From contig OZ281497.1 of NCBI GenBank assembly GCA_965637545.1, positions 20,646,001-20,710,000 on the forward strand: a stretch of DNA of 64,000 nucleotides, read 5' to 3'. A program made the translations under genes and the position numbers. Under the pieces are notes generated by a model. That model saw nothing but the letters and a program-made list of their open reading frames with translations, did not search any database and was not told the DNA's origin. How positions within the stretch are numbered: position 1 is the stretch's first letter; each line of letters opens with the position of its first letter. This DNA comes from Phallusia mammillata (Eukaryota). Positions 17,701 through 54,943 of the stretch are shown here, one piece after another.

Positions 17701-18416
17701 GCGGGTTTCCAGTAAAAACTGACTTCTACAAACTGGAACTGATAGATAACAAAAATATTTTCGTAAGGTCTTCCAGCAAAACATTGGAAACCACCCAACC
17801 AGGCAACAATCATTTTGGATTTTTAAAACGTCATTATTAACTCGTATATAGTATCTGTTTTCTTGTATGATTTAGTTACGTTGAAGTATTAAATTCTTTC
17901 GGTACAACTGCGGTCCGCCAGGCGATTTTGTCGGGTCGACAAGAGCTGTGTGTTATTTACAATCCCACTTGATGTTTGCATGAAAAATGTAAAATGTACA
18001 TATTTGTAGACACAAGCCTGTATTTCATTGCAATTATCCTTTATTCCATAACAACTAACAAAAGTTCAATTGTGCGTAATTCTAGTATTTTAATAATCTT
18101 GTATGTGATGTCATAAACTGCATTTCACTAGTTTTGCTTTTCACTAAGTGTAATCCTGTGAAACTATGTGAAATATTTCCTGGGAGTTTTTGCTGAAATA
18201 GAAGTGTTGCGTTTGAATCACAAGTGCTATATGAAAAACGAAAGGGTCGTTGACAAAAAGTTTGAGAACCAATTGAAAGTAAAAAAGTAAAATACCTCTC
18301 ATAACACAAACAAACCGGCATTTTAAAGAAACAGAAAATAACCTGTAACAATTTATCTAAACCAAACACGTAAATTTACAGATATCGAAATTTTTTCTCC
18401 AAACAACGTACTAGGC

Positions 18417-18960
18417 CAGTGGTTCTTAACCGGTGGGAAATTTCCCACTAGTGGGAAATTTAATGTTTTTAGAGGGAAATTATGTGAGTCAGAAGTCACC
18501 AAACTCGGGCCCGTGGTTTGAAATTAACCGTTGAAAGTTAATGTAATACAATATTTTCCCCCAAAACATGTAATTAACTTCACCTAGTATTACATGGCGC
18601 ATAAAATCCAAAAATCGTTTGTTACGTCACAGACATTACTGAAAGTATCAATGACTTTGTTTGTGTTCGTGAATAAATGCATTTGATCTGTTGATTGTGA
18701 TGCAATAAATGAATAATGCAAGCACACAAGATCTTTCAAAATTCCAGACGATTTTACTTTCTCACTAAATCACTATTCAAACTAAATAAGATTGCAGTGT
18801 ACCGGTCCCGACCAAATCGCTTCACAAAATTATTTCGATTAAAGAATATTTTTTGTTAATGTTGGGCACAAAACATCATTATAAGAATAACAGAGGGGGA
18901 AATTCGAACTTGGTGATTTACTTTAGTGGGAAACCACACCGAAAAGGTTAAGAACCACTG
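18417..18960. mobile_element. Intact 544-bp hAT (Buster/Charlie-type) MITE
   Basis: Perfect 15-bp TIRs CAGTGGTTCTTAACC and a perfect 8-bp TSD TACTAGGC (18409-18416, 18961-18968) with central TA. No transposase ORF. Confidence 0.93.
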
Positions 18961-20199
18961 TACTAGGCCGTCCTTACGACTTGTGACGACGATTTGTGGC
19001 AACTGGTTAGCGTGCTTGGCACCGACCAAGATTAGGAAATAGCAAACTGAAGCACTTTCGCTCTACTCTGGCCACTGCGATCAACAATACGCTGTGTGGG
19101 GCCACATAATGATGTGATGTGAAAGCGTATTTGTGGTCTGCCGTGTAACTGCAATGCGAGTTTTGCGGTGTACTTTATTTTGGTGTCATCATGCACGACC
19201 CAATTGGTGTTTAAAGTAGTTATGGTTGAGATATCTTAGCGTCAGTTTTATAGGATTATTGACTCTTCTGAACCTTGACGCTATTTGATGTCAATTCGTG
19301 TTTGTTTACATGGAGTAACTCAAAAAAGTAGGAAGGACTGGGTGCCTTAAAAACAACTTGTTACATTTCATGTGTCATCACATGTTTTAAACTAAATAAC
19401 ATTCGGAACAACAAAGAAAGATTACGTTTATTTGGAAAATTTGTACTTCTACTTTCTATCAAAAACTAATATTCCTTAAAAAGTGATGGGTTTAAGAAGG
19501 CTGCATGTGAATAGTTATAAAATCTGAAGCCGCCTTTAACAACTGTGTTAGCAACAAGCTATTCAAGTGATAAAAAAAGGCAATATGTACATGTTATACA
19601 TCGCTCTGTGACTCGTAATGATGCGCAGTACCAAGGGTGGGCAAACCGTGGCTTACCGACATTTTGTTTCCTTTTTAGTCAAATGATTACGTCCCAAATT
19701 AATAAAAAGTTGTTACTTCACATTTTAAAGATTGATTTCTCTATCAATGTTACTCTTTTTGATGCAACAATTTTAGTGTGATCACTACAAGAAATTTTTT
19801 TGTGCAACTTGTATTGTTTACTTTTGATCTGCATTGACAGTTTAAAATTACTGCGCAAGCTACTTATGTGGTTTCACGCAAGTGACTCTTCCATTGAACA
19901 AGAGTACCAACCCCTTTTAAAGTACCATGACCATAACAGCAAAAACATAAAAAATATACTTGGCAAAATTTTAATTCTTGGGAAATAAACCGAAAATGGT
20001 AGATATAGCACGTGCAAGAGTGGAAAAAATATATTTAACAGGGTCTCAAATGAAACATATTTTCAACCTTATTTAACCCTTCCAACAATAAACAAATGCT
20101 GCCCAGCAAGAAGCCAGCCATGCACTTGCCCACACTTATGCCAGTTAATATACGAGCGCGGTTTATCGTAAACAAACAGCAGGAAAGGCATCAAGCTTG

Positions 20200-22700
20200 T
20201 TGGCCGACGCGCGTTACATAAACAGGATTACAACTTAACACTGTTGATACGTTACCGGCTTTCCCATGCCCATAACGTTGATCTACATATGGTCGGAATG
20301 CTTGGCACGCGCGGTGCGTTTTTGGTCTGTATATTGGTTGTGTTTGCGATTGGCCTTTGAAAAACCTTTATTTATTGAACAAGTTAAAGTCACGCGCGCA
20401 GTTTGGGTGTATTTTTAGTAACGGCTAATTACAGAAGGGAATTTTTCATTTGAAAAACAAATTAATGTGCCACATAAAATTCATTTAGAGGGTATGGTTT
20501 GAGTCATTTAAGCAATTAGGTGACGCGGTATTGACGTGAAATTGTAGGTTAAATAAGAAAAGTTTCATAAATAAATTTAATTTTAATAATAAAACTTACC
20601 TGTCAAATAAATGGTACAAACAAACACTTATTTCCTAACGATTTAAATGAGATACAAATTTCAGTCTGTTTTCGAATGAAGGCTGTATTTTCAAAATTAA
20701 ATTGACGAACCGTTAAAATAGCGAGGTGTTTAAAAGTTTCTAAATCAATAAAAGTTCTTTGTCGACGAACGAAACAGAAAAAATAAACAATACGGTCTTG
20801 TGACAGATCAGAATTTATTCCAAAATGAGGTATCCTACTGTTCTGCATTACAACATGCTGTAACATTACAAACCAACGATGACCAGAAAGAGCAACCTAT
20901 ATGCGCGAACACAAAGCCCATCGCTCACAACAGATCACCATCCAAGACCGCGCACGCGTCCAACAGTTAATACCCGATAAACACAGGTGGCAAATTAGAG
21001 TATTTGTCGGCCTGGGTGTGGGCTCGGGGCACCGGCTAATTGGACGCCCCCAAAACACGCTCAGAAATCTGCGCCTGGTTCTGTTGGTCCTCGAGGCTCG
21101 CTGGTGGATTACGCACAGCAACATAAGGTCGCAACTTTAAAGGCAGTGCTCCCGACCGATGCGCTCTTCATTATACACGCGGCTTAAGCAACGGCTGCAA
21201 ACCCCGGGTTGGGATTACATGAAAAATTCTGACTGAAACTAATCACTGTTTCGAGCACCAGATTCGACCGAGATATTTGGGTTTGCAGGGCATTTTGTTT
21301 AACATGAAAAACATTTGCTGGATCCTGGATTTAAAAATGGATTCAGAAACGAAAACCCGAAAAGCACACCAATCACAACCATTTTCGTAAAAGAAGAAAA
21401 GGTAAATACACGGATAAGGCCGTTTGTTTTTCATATGTTTTTTGTTTTGTTTTTGGTATACCATATAGTATTGAAGTTGTTTTGTTTTGTTTGCGAACTG
21501 GATGCCTTGGTTTCTAACCTTTGCGAGTTGCGTGTGGAAATCGTGTACGTGTTAAGTGTCAGCAGGCGTGTAAGGCACCTCAACAGCACAAAACACCTTT
21601 GATCCAATAAGGAAGTCGAATTAGCTAGGATATTTGGTCTACAAAACGGATCATATGACGCAACAAAAGCCAAACATTCGCGGTGTGTTGGGACAATCGG
21701 TTTAGTGCAATGTGGCTTTGCCGTTAATTACAGACTTCATAGAAACTCAGTTGCAACCTAAACCGTCGTAGCCACAACCACAAGATTATGACACATGTCC
21801 CACTATGTGTATATGCACGTCTTTCAGAAATCTTCACAGAGTGATGACCGGCTAGTTCATGTCCTGCGGGCCATTGCTCACCACTCTGATGGCCAAAGTC
21901 GTTATATTTTAGCTGTTTTATTAATCCCTGTTTCGACGCATTGTAGCCAATTGCCAGAACTCGCGCGCGATTAATCCGTGCCAGCGCGGTCGCTTTGATG
22001 CGCACCCGCCGCCGCGGATTATTTGGCAGCTTCGCATGTAGCGCGTCAATCAGTCCTAGCTCAATCCGCTGTTTGTTGAGATGATTCGGCGCGCTAATTA
22101 CAGAGTTTTAACTTCGCGTCGCTTACGCCTTCGCGCTGGGCGCTTTGTTCGCGTTCAGCAACATTTGGAAATATTCGCGTGAAGTTGTCGGATTTGCCGA
22201 GCACTTCAGACGCTGTTGCTGGCTGTCCTTCAGGGTCAGAGCGCCCAGGCCGTGTGAACTAAGCGACGATATGGCGACGTCCTTTCTCGATCTCAATCAA
22301 ATTAATTGTTTTCATGCGAAGTCGATTGGTAATTGCCCACACTGAGCTTACTGATTCTGGCTGTCAGTCGGCGAATGGGATAATTGCAGGCTGCGCACGG
22401 ATTCGTGTGAAATACTAAAAACCTCAGCTTGGTTTCCTGGCCTCCAAGTAAGATTAACGTAAGGACTGCAAATGTAAGCAAGAAATTCCGTCACCTTGCG
22501 CAGTCGCCAACGCCTTTTCCTCATCCGTTGGTCGCAAAAATCGCATTGCATCATTGCGACCTCCATGCAGTTAAAACCACTCCACGTTATTCGTGTCCCA
22601 GTAAAATAACGCGCCCAGGTTGCGATCTCCGTTGATTACTGGGTCCTCTCTAATGTATCCGTGTCATTTCAGGACCAAGAGTTTATTCGAGGCGAATCGT
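20200..22700. promoter_or_regulatory. Candidate FoxG downstream enhancer cluster
   Basis: CpG-rich non-coding blocks with six TAATCC/GGATTA sites (20225, 21106, 21212, 21922, 21972, 22016), several TAATTA cores and Fox-type GTAAACA-like motifs nearby. Function is inferred only. Confidence 0.4.
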
Positions 22701-23535
22701 GATGGCGAAATAAGTTGTAATTTCCATTCTTGCTTGCCAATTTGCACTATAAGTGGTAACAGCTGGACTGTACGACCACCTTAACTTTTTTATAACTTTA
22801 AAGGTTCCTAGCAGAAAGGACCCTTTTGTATTTAAAACAAAATGGTGCAATGTGTATATACAGCCTGCCAGCTTATAAGGGGAATAAAGTGGGCCATATT
22901 TAAAAATTACTAAAAAGATAAATTTTAGCTCTTTTGAACTTGGGCCAAAATTTGCCAATGGCACAGGGCCAAACCAAAGTGACCTACTTGTAGCTATGAC
23001 GACATAAGACAAGTGGTTACTGGAACACTCGCAGCTTACCGAAAGTTCTAGGTAGTCAAAACTTCAAAACTCGATTTTCAGAAAGTGTTTCCAGGTCGTG
23101 TTTTTGTTTAAAAATTAACTTCCGTATCTACTAATGAAAATTCCGCTAGAACAACTTGTAAAAATAAATCTTTTCTTGTAAAATTAAATCTGTAATGTTT
23201 ACGTAAGAATATCGGTTGCTATAGATGACATTTTCTGAGCGTGATGTTTTCACTACGACTACATCCATTTGAAACAAAGTTAACAGGTGGACTATTGCCG
23301 CTGTAACTCTTTTCACCGTGGACGGACCTCAAATGATCCATAAACGAAATTCTCCTGTGATTCGCCTGATAAAAAACACACGTGTAGAATTACACAGGTG
23401 TATGTAAAAATTTACACTAAAACCAAAAAAATTCTGTGCGTCTGCAGCTCCTCCCGCAGAAGGAGCATGTGTTTTGTTAAAGAACGATTCTTGCCGGTCT
23501 GTTTATTATTTTTATTTACCACCCAGGCTCTAGAA

Positions 23536-24306
23536 CAGTGGTCGTCAACCTATGGGTCGCGACCCAAGTGGGGTCGCCTAAACTTTTTCTGGGGTCGCAA
23601 TAAGTCGCTTTAATTTATTGCATTTTAAAATTTATTACAGAAAATAAAACTAATATTATGTTCTTTTAGATCGCAACTTTTGCTCTTGTTTTGTGGTACA
23701 GCTTGCTACCTCATGTTGCAATTAAATCGTGGTATAGTGAAAAAACACAAAATGCCTTTATCGCGTAACAATGGGTTTGGACAACGTGTATTATGACTCA
23801 ACACTAAAAGTTTGTATTATTTAAGGTGACACCAGAACGAGTGAATAGTTATTTATGTAACGTACCCTACTATGTCAAATTTTTCTAATCCCGTTTTCAA
23901 CCACGTGGCTGTGTGAAGCAGGATTTATTGCAACGAGTGTATTAGAAACGAAACATCGTAATCGATCGGAAGGAGCATGACATGCGGTTAGGCTTGTGCA
24001 AAGTCAAGCCGCGGCTTCAAAAACTTGTGGACAGTATACAGGCGCAACCATCTCACTAACAGTGCAAACTAAATCCGAAAATTATGTTTATGTCTTAAAT
24101 GAAACACTTTTGTATAGCCATTTTTTCGGGATACTTTTGTATCGCCATATTTGTTTGTAATTATGTATAGTTTGTGTACTTGTTCTTCCGTTTCAGCATT
24201 ACTTAAAACATTTTTCTCAGTGTTGATAAAAATGGGGTCGCATGCAAATTCTGATTTCATTTTCCCTTAAATTGGGGTCGCCTATAAAAAAGGTTGAAGA
24301 CCACTG
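23536..24306. mobile_element. Intact 771-bp hAT (Buster/Charlie-type) MITE
   Basis: TIRs CAGTGGTC(G/T)TCAACCT (15/16), perfect TSD CTCTAGAA (23528-23535, 24307-24314) and subterminal GGGGTCGC repeats at both ends. Confidence 0.93.
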
Positions 24307-25250
24307 CTCTAGAACACCACTATTTTGTCCTGGGGATAAAAGAAAGCTTTAACACGTAGTTATTTACACGAAAATACATCAAAACGGCTCTGCATTCTCG
24401 CACATGGGGCGCACACACTTCCCCCTTTGATCGTATAGAAGTCGTACATCTATCACTCGCCGTCCAGAAAACAGGGTTGAGCAAGAAAATGAGCAGCCGA
24501 CGACGTCTTCCAATTCCTACTGCTCCGCTTTGTCGCTCTGTGCTTAATCGAGCGAGACAGCACCTTTGCCAACACAGCCTGGCAATATTTACTGACGATT
24601 ACTCCAGACCGGTCGGGGGCCTTTGCTTTGCAGTGACAGTTGTTTTGTGTGCGGAGCGGGACCGACCGGCTGTTTGCCCACCGGAGCATATGCCAGCACT
24701 CTGTTGTGCTGTTCGTCTCGTCTAAACCCACAGGCCCCTTGTACTGTTCATTTTTACCGAGTTCAAAGCGCGCCTTCCAACATTCTGTCTTCGAAGAATT
24801 GGGTCCTCCCAGAAAGTTTGGTTTATTTACGTTTCAACGCGCGTCAATTATGTCTTCCCAAAACAAACCACTGCGCGCGGAATAATTGCCCGGCCTTACA
24901 CTGTCGAGCAAATTAACCGAATAAACCTCACGCGCCTTTGATTATGGCAGTTTTGGTTTACGCCTTGACAATTCACTACACAACCAAATCTATCATCCCC
25001 ATTATCGTCTCAATCTTTCTGGAAACCGGGTTTGGCGTCCATCTGTCATGAGCAATTTCTGTCTAAAAGTCAGCATCGTATTTCTTTGCCTGGCGGTTGA
25101 ACACCTAACACTTCATCCTTGCACAACCGAATCTAACTATACCAGTGACTTCACAATGATGGTTTAATTACGCGGTAGCAAAACGAACAAAACAACAAGA
25201 AAAGTACGATTGTCAAAAACAGCCAGCGTGGGTCACCCGTGCCTATTACG

Positions 25251-32075
<6,825 letters not shown>

Positions 32076-35000
32076 TTTTAATTGCAAAAAAAACTTACAA
32101 ATAACGTCAAAAAATAATAATCCGTTACTTGCTGCTCGGTGCTCGCTTACTATTTCGACTGACTTCGTCGGCGCTGATCTATGAGGGAGTCCAGTGATCG
32201 GCCAGGGAAAAAGTTCCCAAAGTCGGCAAAAAAGAAAAAAAATGCGCCGTGTGCGCGCCGGACCAAGCTGGTGCACCGCGGTTCTCGGGTATAATCCCCG
32301 GGAGCAGGTTTTCGGTGCGGTAATTACGTAGTGCAACTATCAAAACCCAGTGACGGTGGGTAAGCCAGCGCAAAAACAACAGTTTCGCGTATGGACACAA
32401 TAGCGGACGTGTTGTCTTGCATTATCGAGCATGCTTGACGATAATGGTTCGTCTCCGTAGCGGATTACTTTGCTTATTCGTTTCCTGCTGCCACGATTGC
32501 AAAGCGGTTATAAAATTACGCAAAAACGCAAAATGCATTACTTAAAACCGCAACTAGTATGTACTGCCAAACTTATGAAGGACGTGTATTTAAATAACGG
32601 GCACGTGCCATATGATTGAAATAGCAGGCCGTTTGACTCGATAATCCATCGTTGTTTCGGTGCCCTTGCTGTTTTATGAAACCATTCAAATGTAACCAAT
32701 TTGATAAAATGATAATGAGAGTAAAATTTGACTTGAATGAAATTAACATTCTATTGACCACTCATATACTTAACAGAAAAATGATAAAATTAGGAGGGAT
32801 TGTAATGAATTTTTTTTTGCTTTTACACAGCACATGTCAAGCTAAATAATAAAAAAAATTATTCTGATATCACCGTTTTGGCAAAAAAAATGCGAACACG
32901 ATTTTCCCAATTTGATAGCACATACCAGCACAAAGCAGTTTTGTAGTCGCAAAATTACTCGACTTTATGCACTTAAACAGCAGAGAAAATGTGTCTTTAA
33001 TCAAATTAAAACATAAACAGTGTCAGAATTATTAGTAAAAATGAATACATTATGTGTTTTAGATTAGCAATGTTCACATTTTAAGACCTCACAGTTGCAT
33101 GTGCTCAGTTGTCCTGAAGAATAAGTCACCATTCTTGCTCGATAGAAATCGTGTCATTAATATTCACGACGCTACAATGCAATTGTGAGTCAACCTTGAC
33201 ATTATTGTTGGACTGCGGATTTAACCGAGTAATGAAACAGACACGAATCGCACAGATAAATATTGTAACGAGCCAATCAATTGTTAATGAACATGCGAGG
33301 AAATTCTATGGGAAGCACTGGGTAACAATACAATTAACTTTTCTGATCCTTCCTATTCTGCGTGATTGTCTATTGTCTCGCTATGCAGATGACCTCGCCA
33401 CACAAAGGCTTGTATAATGCCACGACAATCGAATGTCAAATGATACAAACTGGATGACAAAATGTCGTATCAAACGTTTGTTTTATTTATAGGTTTTCAG
33501 TTATCGTTGTTCAAAAGAAAGGTTCTTTTCACTTTCCACTTAAATTGAGTTGAGTTAAGTTCGTTTCAATATTGTTTTAATGTTTCACACATATTGCCGA
33601 GTAGCGAGTATATTAATTTTTTTACAAGATTTAAAAGTGTGATAACTTTAAATACAAAATACTTGTGTGGGTATCATGAATTTTCTCTAAAAGTTCTGTA
33701 GAATGAAATCTACACGAATAACTCTCACCATTTGAATTAACATAAGGCGTAGGCTGGTGGTAATTCGAGAACAACGTTCTTCTTACAATTTTTACTTGTT
33801 TTTTTATATTTTTGTGAAACCAAACAATAACAGGATTATTTTCAAAGGTTTTAAATTTTAGTTAAATAAGTTTAAAACAACCTTCAAAACATATGTATAG
33901 TTTTACGATTGTACGTATATTCCTAATTTAAATTTTTACCGTGACATATTACTTTATCTGCTGACGAAACAAAAAAACACGTAATAATACTACGTCACAT
34001 TGTTCCCGTGCCAATCGCAGTCATTCCGAATGCTTCGTCTACGTAAATATTACACGTACGCAATAAAAATTCCGGTTACAGTCCAGTAATGACGTATAGA
34101 TTGCCAAAGTCATATATGTGATTCCTTGGAACTTTTAAGCGTGATTCCTTGAAAAATATGTTAAAAACTTGTGATAATTTGAAAACAGTGTTCGAACTAA
34201 ACCTTCCACTTGAGTTTTAACCCAGTTGGCTGGTCCAATGACGCGTCTATATATGACGATTCATAATATCTGTTTTGTTTTTGTCGCTTGATGACTACCA
34301 ATTAAGGAGTTGAAAATAGCTCAGTTAAAAATAAACTGTTTAAGAATTTGTACATTAAATACATTTCATAGTAAACGTTTTAACATCGCTTTTGTAATTC
34401 AAAAACCCAGTGTATGAAACCCTAGGCCAAACAGTGGTTTTCAGTTTGAAAACTGCTACTGTGGGTGGATTTCAGTTCAAACTATACACTTTATTTAACA
34501 TCGCTTTTGTTAACTTCAGTGCAAAATTTCTAATAACCAATAACTATTATGAATTATGTTCAAAAATCTTTAATAAACTTTATTCCGTTTTGAAAACTCC
34601 CAGCAAAAGTAAATAGCGCAAAGTTAAAAAAATTTTTTCTGAGAAAAAATATTTCCAAAACAAAAAGTTCAAAAACTCGCTATACTAAAATGTAAGATTT
34701 CTATGTCGCAACTAGTCGCCTCGCACGCGTCGGTCAAGTGGTGCTGGATGTTATTGTTGGGGATTTGCGAAAGGTTTTGGCAATTTGCAGGCGCCTAACC
34801 CCGATCATTGTCCAACGGTGCTCTAAAAACATGTAGTTAGACCGAGAGACCGCATCACTAATGGACGAACACCGGACAGTAATTAACGGGTGTTTTTAGT
34901 CAAGAAAAGTCGGAAGTTGTCTACCTATATTCGTTGTTGTTTTAACGCCGTTACACTGCTGTTAGAGACTGGGAACCGTCACAACTACTTGTATGCAGTC

Positions 35001-38000
35001 TGCCGTCCTCTGTCCTTAAGTCTATTGCTGTATCTGGTAAAAGCTGGCCGATATTTACTAGTGTGTTTGCAAAAACGGCAAGACTTAATCAAAACCTGCA
35101 CTAACGACTGCTTACAATTACCTGATCACTGTGCAAGTTATTTTGATTGAATTTTGCGATACTGTTCTAAAATAGGTTTGTTTGCATTTTCCACAACCCT
35201 TTGTTTGCTGGAATTGACGATTTTACCAATACCAAAAAATACTCAAAGTTCTACTAAACAAATGTCGAGCCAATCACCTAATTGCCGTTAGTAATACTTC
35301 TTTGGACAGTTTAATGGCAAAAAATAAAACTTTAACAAAGAAATTGCTACTTAAATTTATTAACAAAGAAATTGCTACTTAACAAAAACGAAATAAAAAA
35401 GGCAAAGACCTGAAAGAGCTTATAGGTGATAATGTACAACATCGTTTCACGACTGTATAAACCGTTTGCCATTGGTCCAACTGACAAACATTTACACGAT
35501 GCAGTTTGGTTTATGCAATTATAGTTGACATTCTTGAAGTAGTTTGCGTTTGTTTAGTTTTTTGACAATTCGTATGTGTGACAGATAATGTACCCTGTGC
35601 TTTTATTATGTTGTCGTTCGTCGCTGAAACCGGCTATTTTGTGGCTTGCGACTGAAACAATCGTTTCGTAACTACGTCAAGCCGCTGTGCCACTCCTACT
35701 AAACGTGACCCAATGCAACCACAGCGCGGGATCCAAACCCACAAACAATATCAAGATTAAATTGTTTTCCTAATTTCAATTGGATTTGCCGCTTAGCTTC
35801 CTGACAGGTAGTTAAGGATGTTTTTATGAATATATCACAAATAGCAAGGCTATATATTCATGATAGGGTGCTTAAGCTGCAGGTGTATACCAACATACGG
35901 GACCGTGTAGGATACAAATTTATGCGGCCGCATGCATACATGTCAAAATATATGCCAGCGGCTGTACTTCAGATTTCAGATTAAAAAAACGCTTTAACTA
36001 GGCTTCTAAAATTGGCCTGAAAGACTATTAATGTACAAAACATACAGCATTTTAACATTACAGACCAAATCAACATTTTGCTAGAGATCTAGTGGACGCA
36101 CTGGCAACTGTAAGTAAACTAAGGACCTACAAAACCCGTGACGAAAGCAATTAGGTTGTATACGCCGGTTTAATTTACGACTTAAAAAAATGTTCTACAA
36201 TGAATAATATTTCAAAGTAATGTGATGCTATTTAACGTTGCTTATTCGTAAACATAAAATTTTCCCACGAAATTTGCAACTATTAGTGTTTTGTTTTTGC
36301 ATATTGTTACAGCACAGTTCACAAGACAGTCATTCCAGCATTCAAATCATTAATGGCCACGTCCGTAAAACACGTCAAGTACAAGTAAATACATTTTTTA
36401 CATATGCTCTTCATCAGCATATGCTGTAGTGAAGAATGTTGTTTTCGTCTTTCTTACGCAGCTGTAACGCTTCCGAGATTGGGAGAAACAACTTCCAGTG
36501 TTTTTTCATGTCGACCACTTGGTGACGTTGTGGTCCTAATGAGCTGAGGTCAGCAGTGTGGTAACATTTAATTTCGGGCGAAAATTACCGGCCAAAACTC
36601 AAGTGGGTGTTACATGACAACCGCCGAGCTACAACATCGTCGTTTTTGTTGCCAATGTGACGGAATCTAACGCTAGTGGTTGTTCAGTTCAAAGGCTTCG
36701 GTCAGGGCTTAACTTAAGTGGCAATAAAAGCCTACATGTCAATCAACGTATAAAACTTATAAACATGTAAATGACAAAGCCTTTCTTCTGCTTCTGTTTC
36801 TTCTGTTAAAGGCACCGAATGTGTCTGTGTTGGCCAACAAACTTTTTTATCACATATAGACATGCATCGATTCATAATTTTAAAAGTGTATGGGGCGAAA
36901 ATTTTTCAAACCACATTTTAATCACCATTTATGGTTGTACTTTACACTGTTTTTTTTATTAAACACAAAAACCAATGACCCTGACCATATGTCAATATTA
37001 CGCGGTAGCGAAATCAAAAATTGTTAGTTTTAAAACAGCGTACTTAATTGCTTTATATGCAACCTAATATATTGGATTCCGTTTGTTAATCCCACTTAAT
37101 GGTAAAAGTAATTTACTCCAATTACGTATTAGGTTGAAAGTTTTAGCGACATTAAATCAGGATTCGTGCCTTATTTAGACAAGGAGATTTTCAAGCAACG
37201 TTTTCTTGTGTCACCTGGATACAGTTTCAGGTGCTGTCAGTAAAAAGATAAATTACTTGTGGCTTAACGAGCTTGCCCACCAACCAGATGGCTGGTGTTA
37301 TCGCAAGACGTCCACTTTTAAGTGTTTGTTGTGGTGTCTAAATGCCTTTACCGTCAGCTCCTCTCAGAAAGAAGGGGGGCTTATCTGCTGCCCCTGCTAT
37401 ACGACCCTTTGGTGGTGGGACACTTTATTGCCATCCTGGGGCTAATTGCTCGTCAGGGGAAACCAGATGATCGTTGTTTTGGTGACCTGTGTCTCAAACT
37501 GCTAACGTTTGTCCTAAAGCTCAACGCCCCGCGTCAATATTTGCATTTTGACATTATGGAGGTTTGTATCGTAGGCTACACATGCAGTTTGGCTATGGGC
37601 GAACTGTACACGTATAAGTTCTAGTTTGCACTCAGCTACACTACAATGAGAAATAAGTGTGCGATGTATCTTAATAGTTAGATGTAGGCGCTGTTGCAAA
37701 ATGTGTTGTCTCTTTGCGCTATCTAGCGTTATTACATTTTGTTTAGAGAACTCGGTGTGTCCACATTGCTGGACGATATTGTTACATAGCGCCCTCTAGC
37801 GATTGTGAATTTTATTAGAAACATAAAAAACTTATAGTGCCTTTGTACAAAAAGATAGTACCCCAGTAATCAACCATTTCGGAGCAACTTTTTTGACATA
37901 TGTTTATTTCCAAAGTTGTGGGAGGATAACTACACATTTAATTTGCCCAACCTTTTCGTCCAGTGGGATCAGAGAGTCGAAAACAAATCAATCTGAACCT

Positions 38001-38465
38001 GTAACTGGTTGAACAGTCTAAACCCATATCGGACTCAACACATATTTCATACGGCAAGCCATTTTCGTAATGAAAAAACGTTTTGTGTCATGTCTTAACT
38101 TAATTGCAAACTATAACTTACCAATTCGAAGATATAGCTTACCAATTTCGGAAGATCAAATCTCCCGCATCCGAACATATTGGAACAAATAAAACTGTAC
38201 TTAAATCTAAAAACTGGGAGATATTTGCTGCCTGGTAAAAAGAAACAAAAATTTTATCAGAGAAACGAATCAATTTTAAATTCATGCTTCACTGCCAATG
38301 AACCTATACTGTCTACGTTTTATTCGCAGTGAGATTTTTTATCGATTTGCGTGCCGCAATTAGTTTTGGCAGTTCACCACACCCCGAGGATATGGCGCAG
38401 TGTGCACTTGCAAATAATTTCTCTTGCATGATATGATATGGTGCTTATAGAAGCTAATGATGGAT

Positions 38466-54566
<16,101 letters not shown>

Positions 54567-54927
54567 CAATGTGACGTCACAGACGGCAGCACACCGCAGA
54601 TCACGTGATTCGCCCGTGTTGTGATTGTTTGATCATAAAATGTGCTTTGTTGGAACAGAAATCGCGCGAGGACCGCAAGTCGGTCAGGAAGCAGGCGAGG
54701 TGACGCAACCGCCCGACCGTCACATTTTGTGGTTGATGACGACATGCGGCGCGGTCGCTAGGCAACCGACGGACGACTCGATTATATAACCGACCATGTC
54801 GCCCACCCTTACCCCTCTCTGTCTCACTCTATTGATGTTTCCCTTAGCCAAGGTGTTACACAGCGACTTAGAAAAAAAGCGAATAAAGAAGATTTATTTT
54901 TTGTGCCATTTTATTTATTCACGCGAC

Positions 54928-54943
54928 CACACACACACACACA
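54928..54943. repeat. (CA)n microsatellite
   Basis: ccacacacacacacaca-type run. Confidence 0.7.

Noticed and set aside
13800-25200. Hidden protein-coding gene among the many 60-120-aa ORFs
   Set aside because: No recognisable domains and no consistent exon chain; composition fits regulatory DNA with MITEs.
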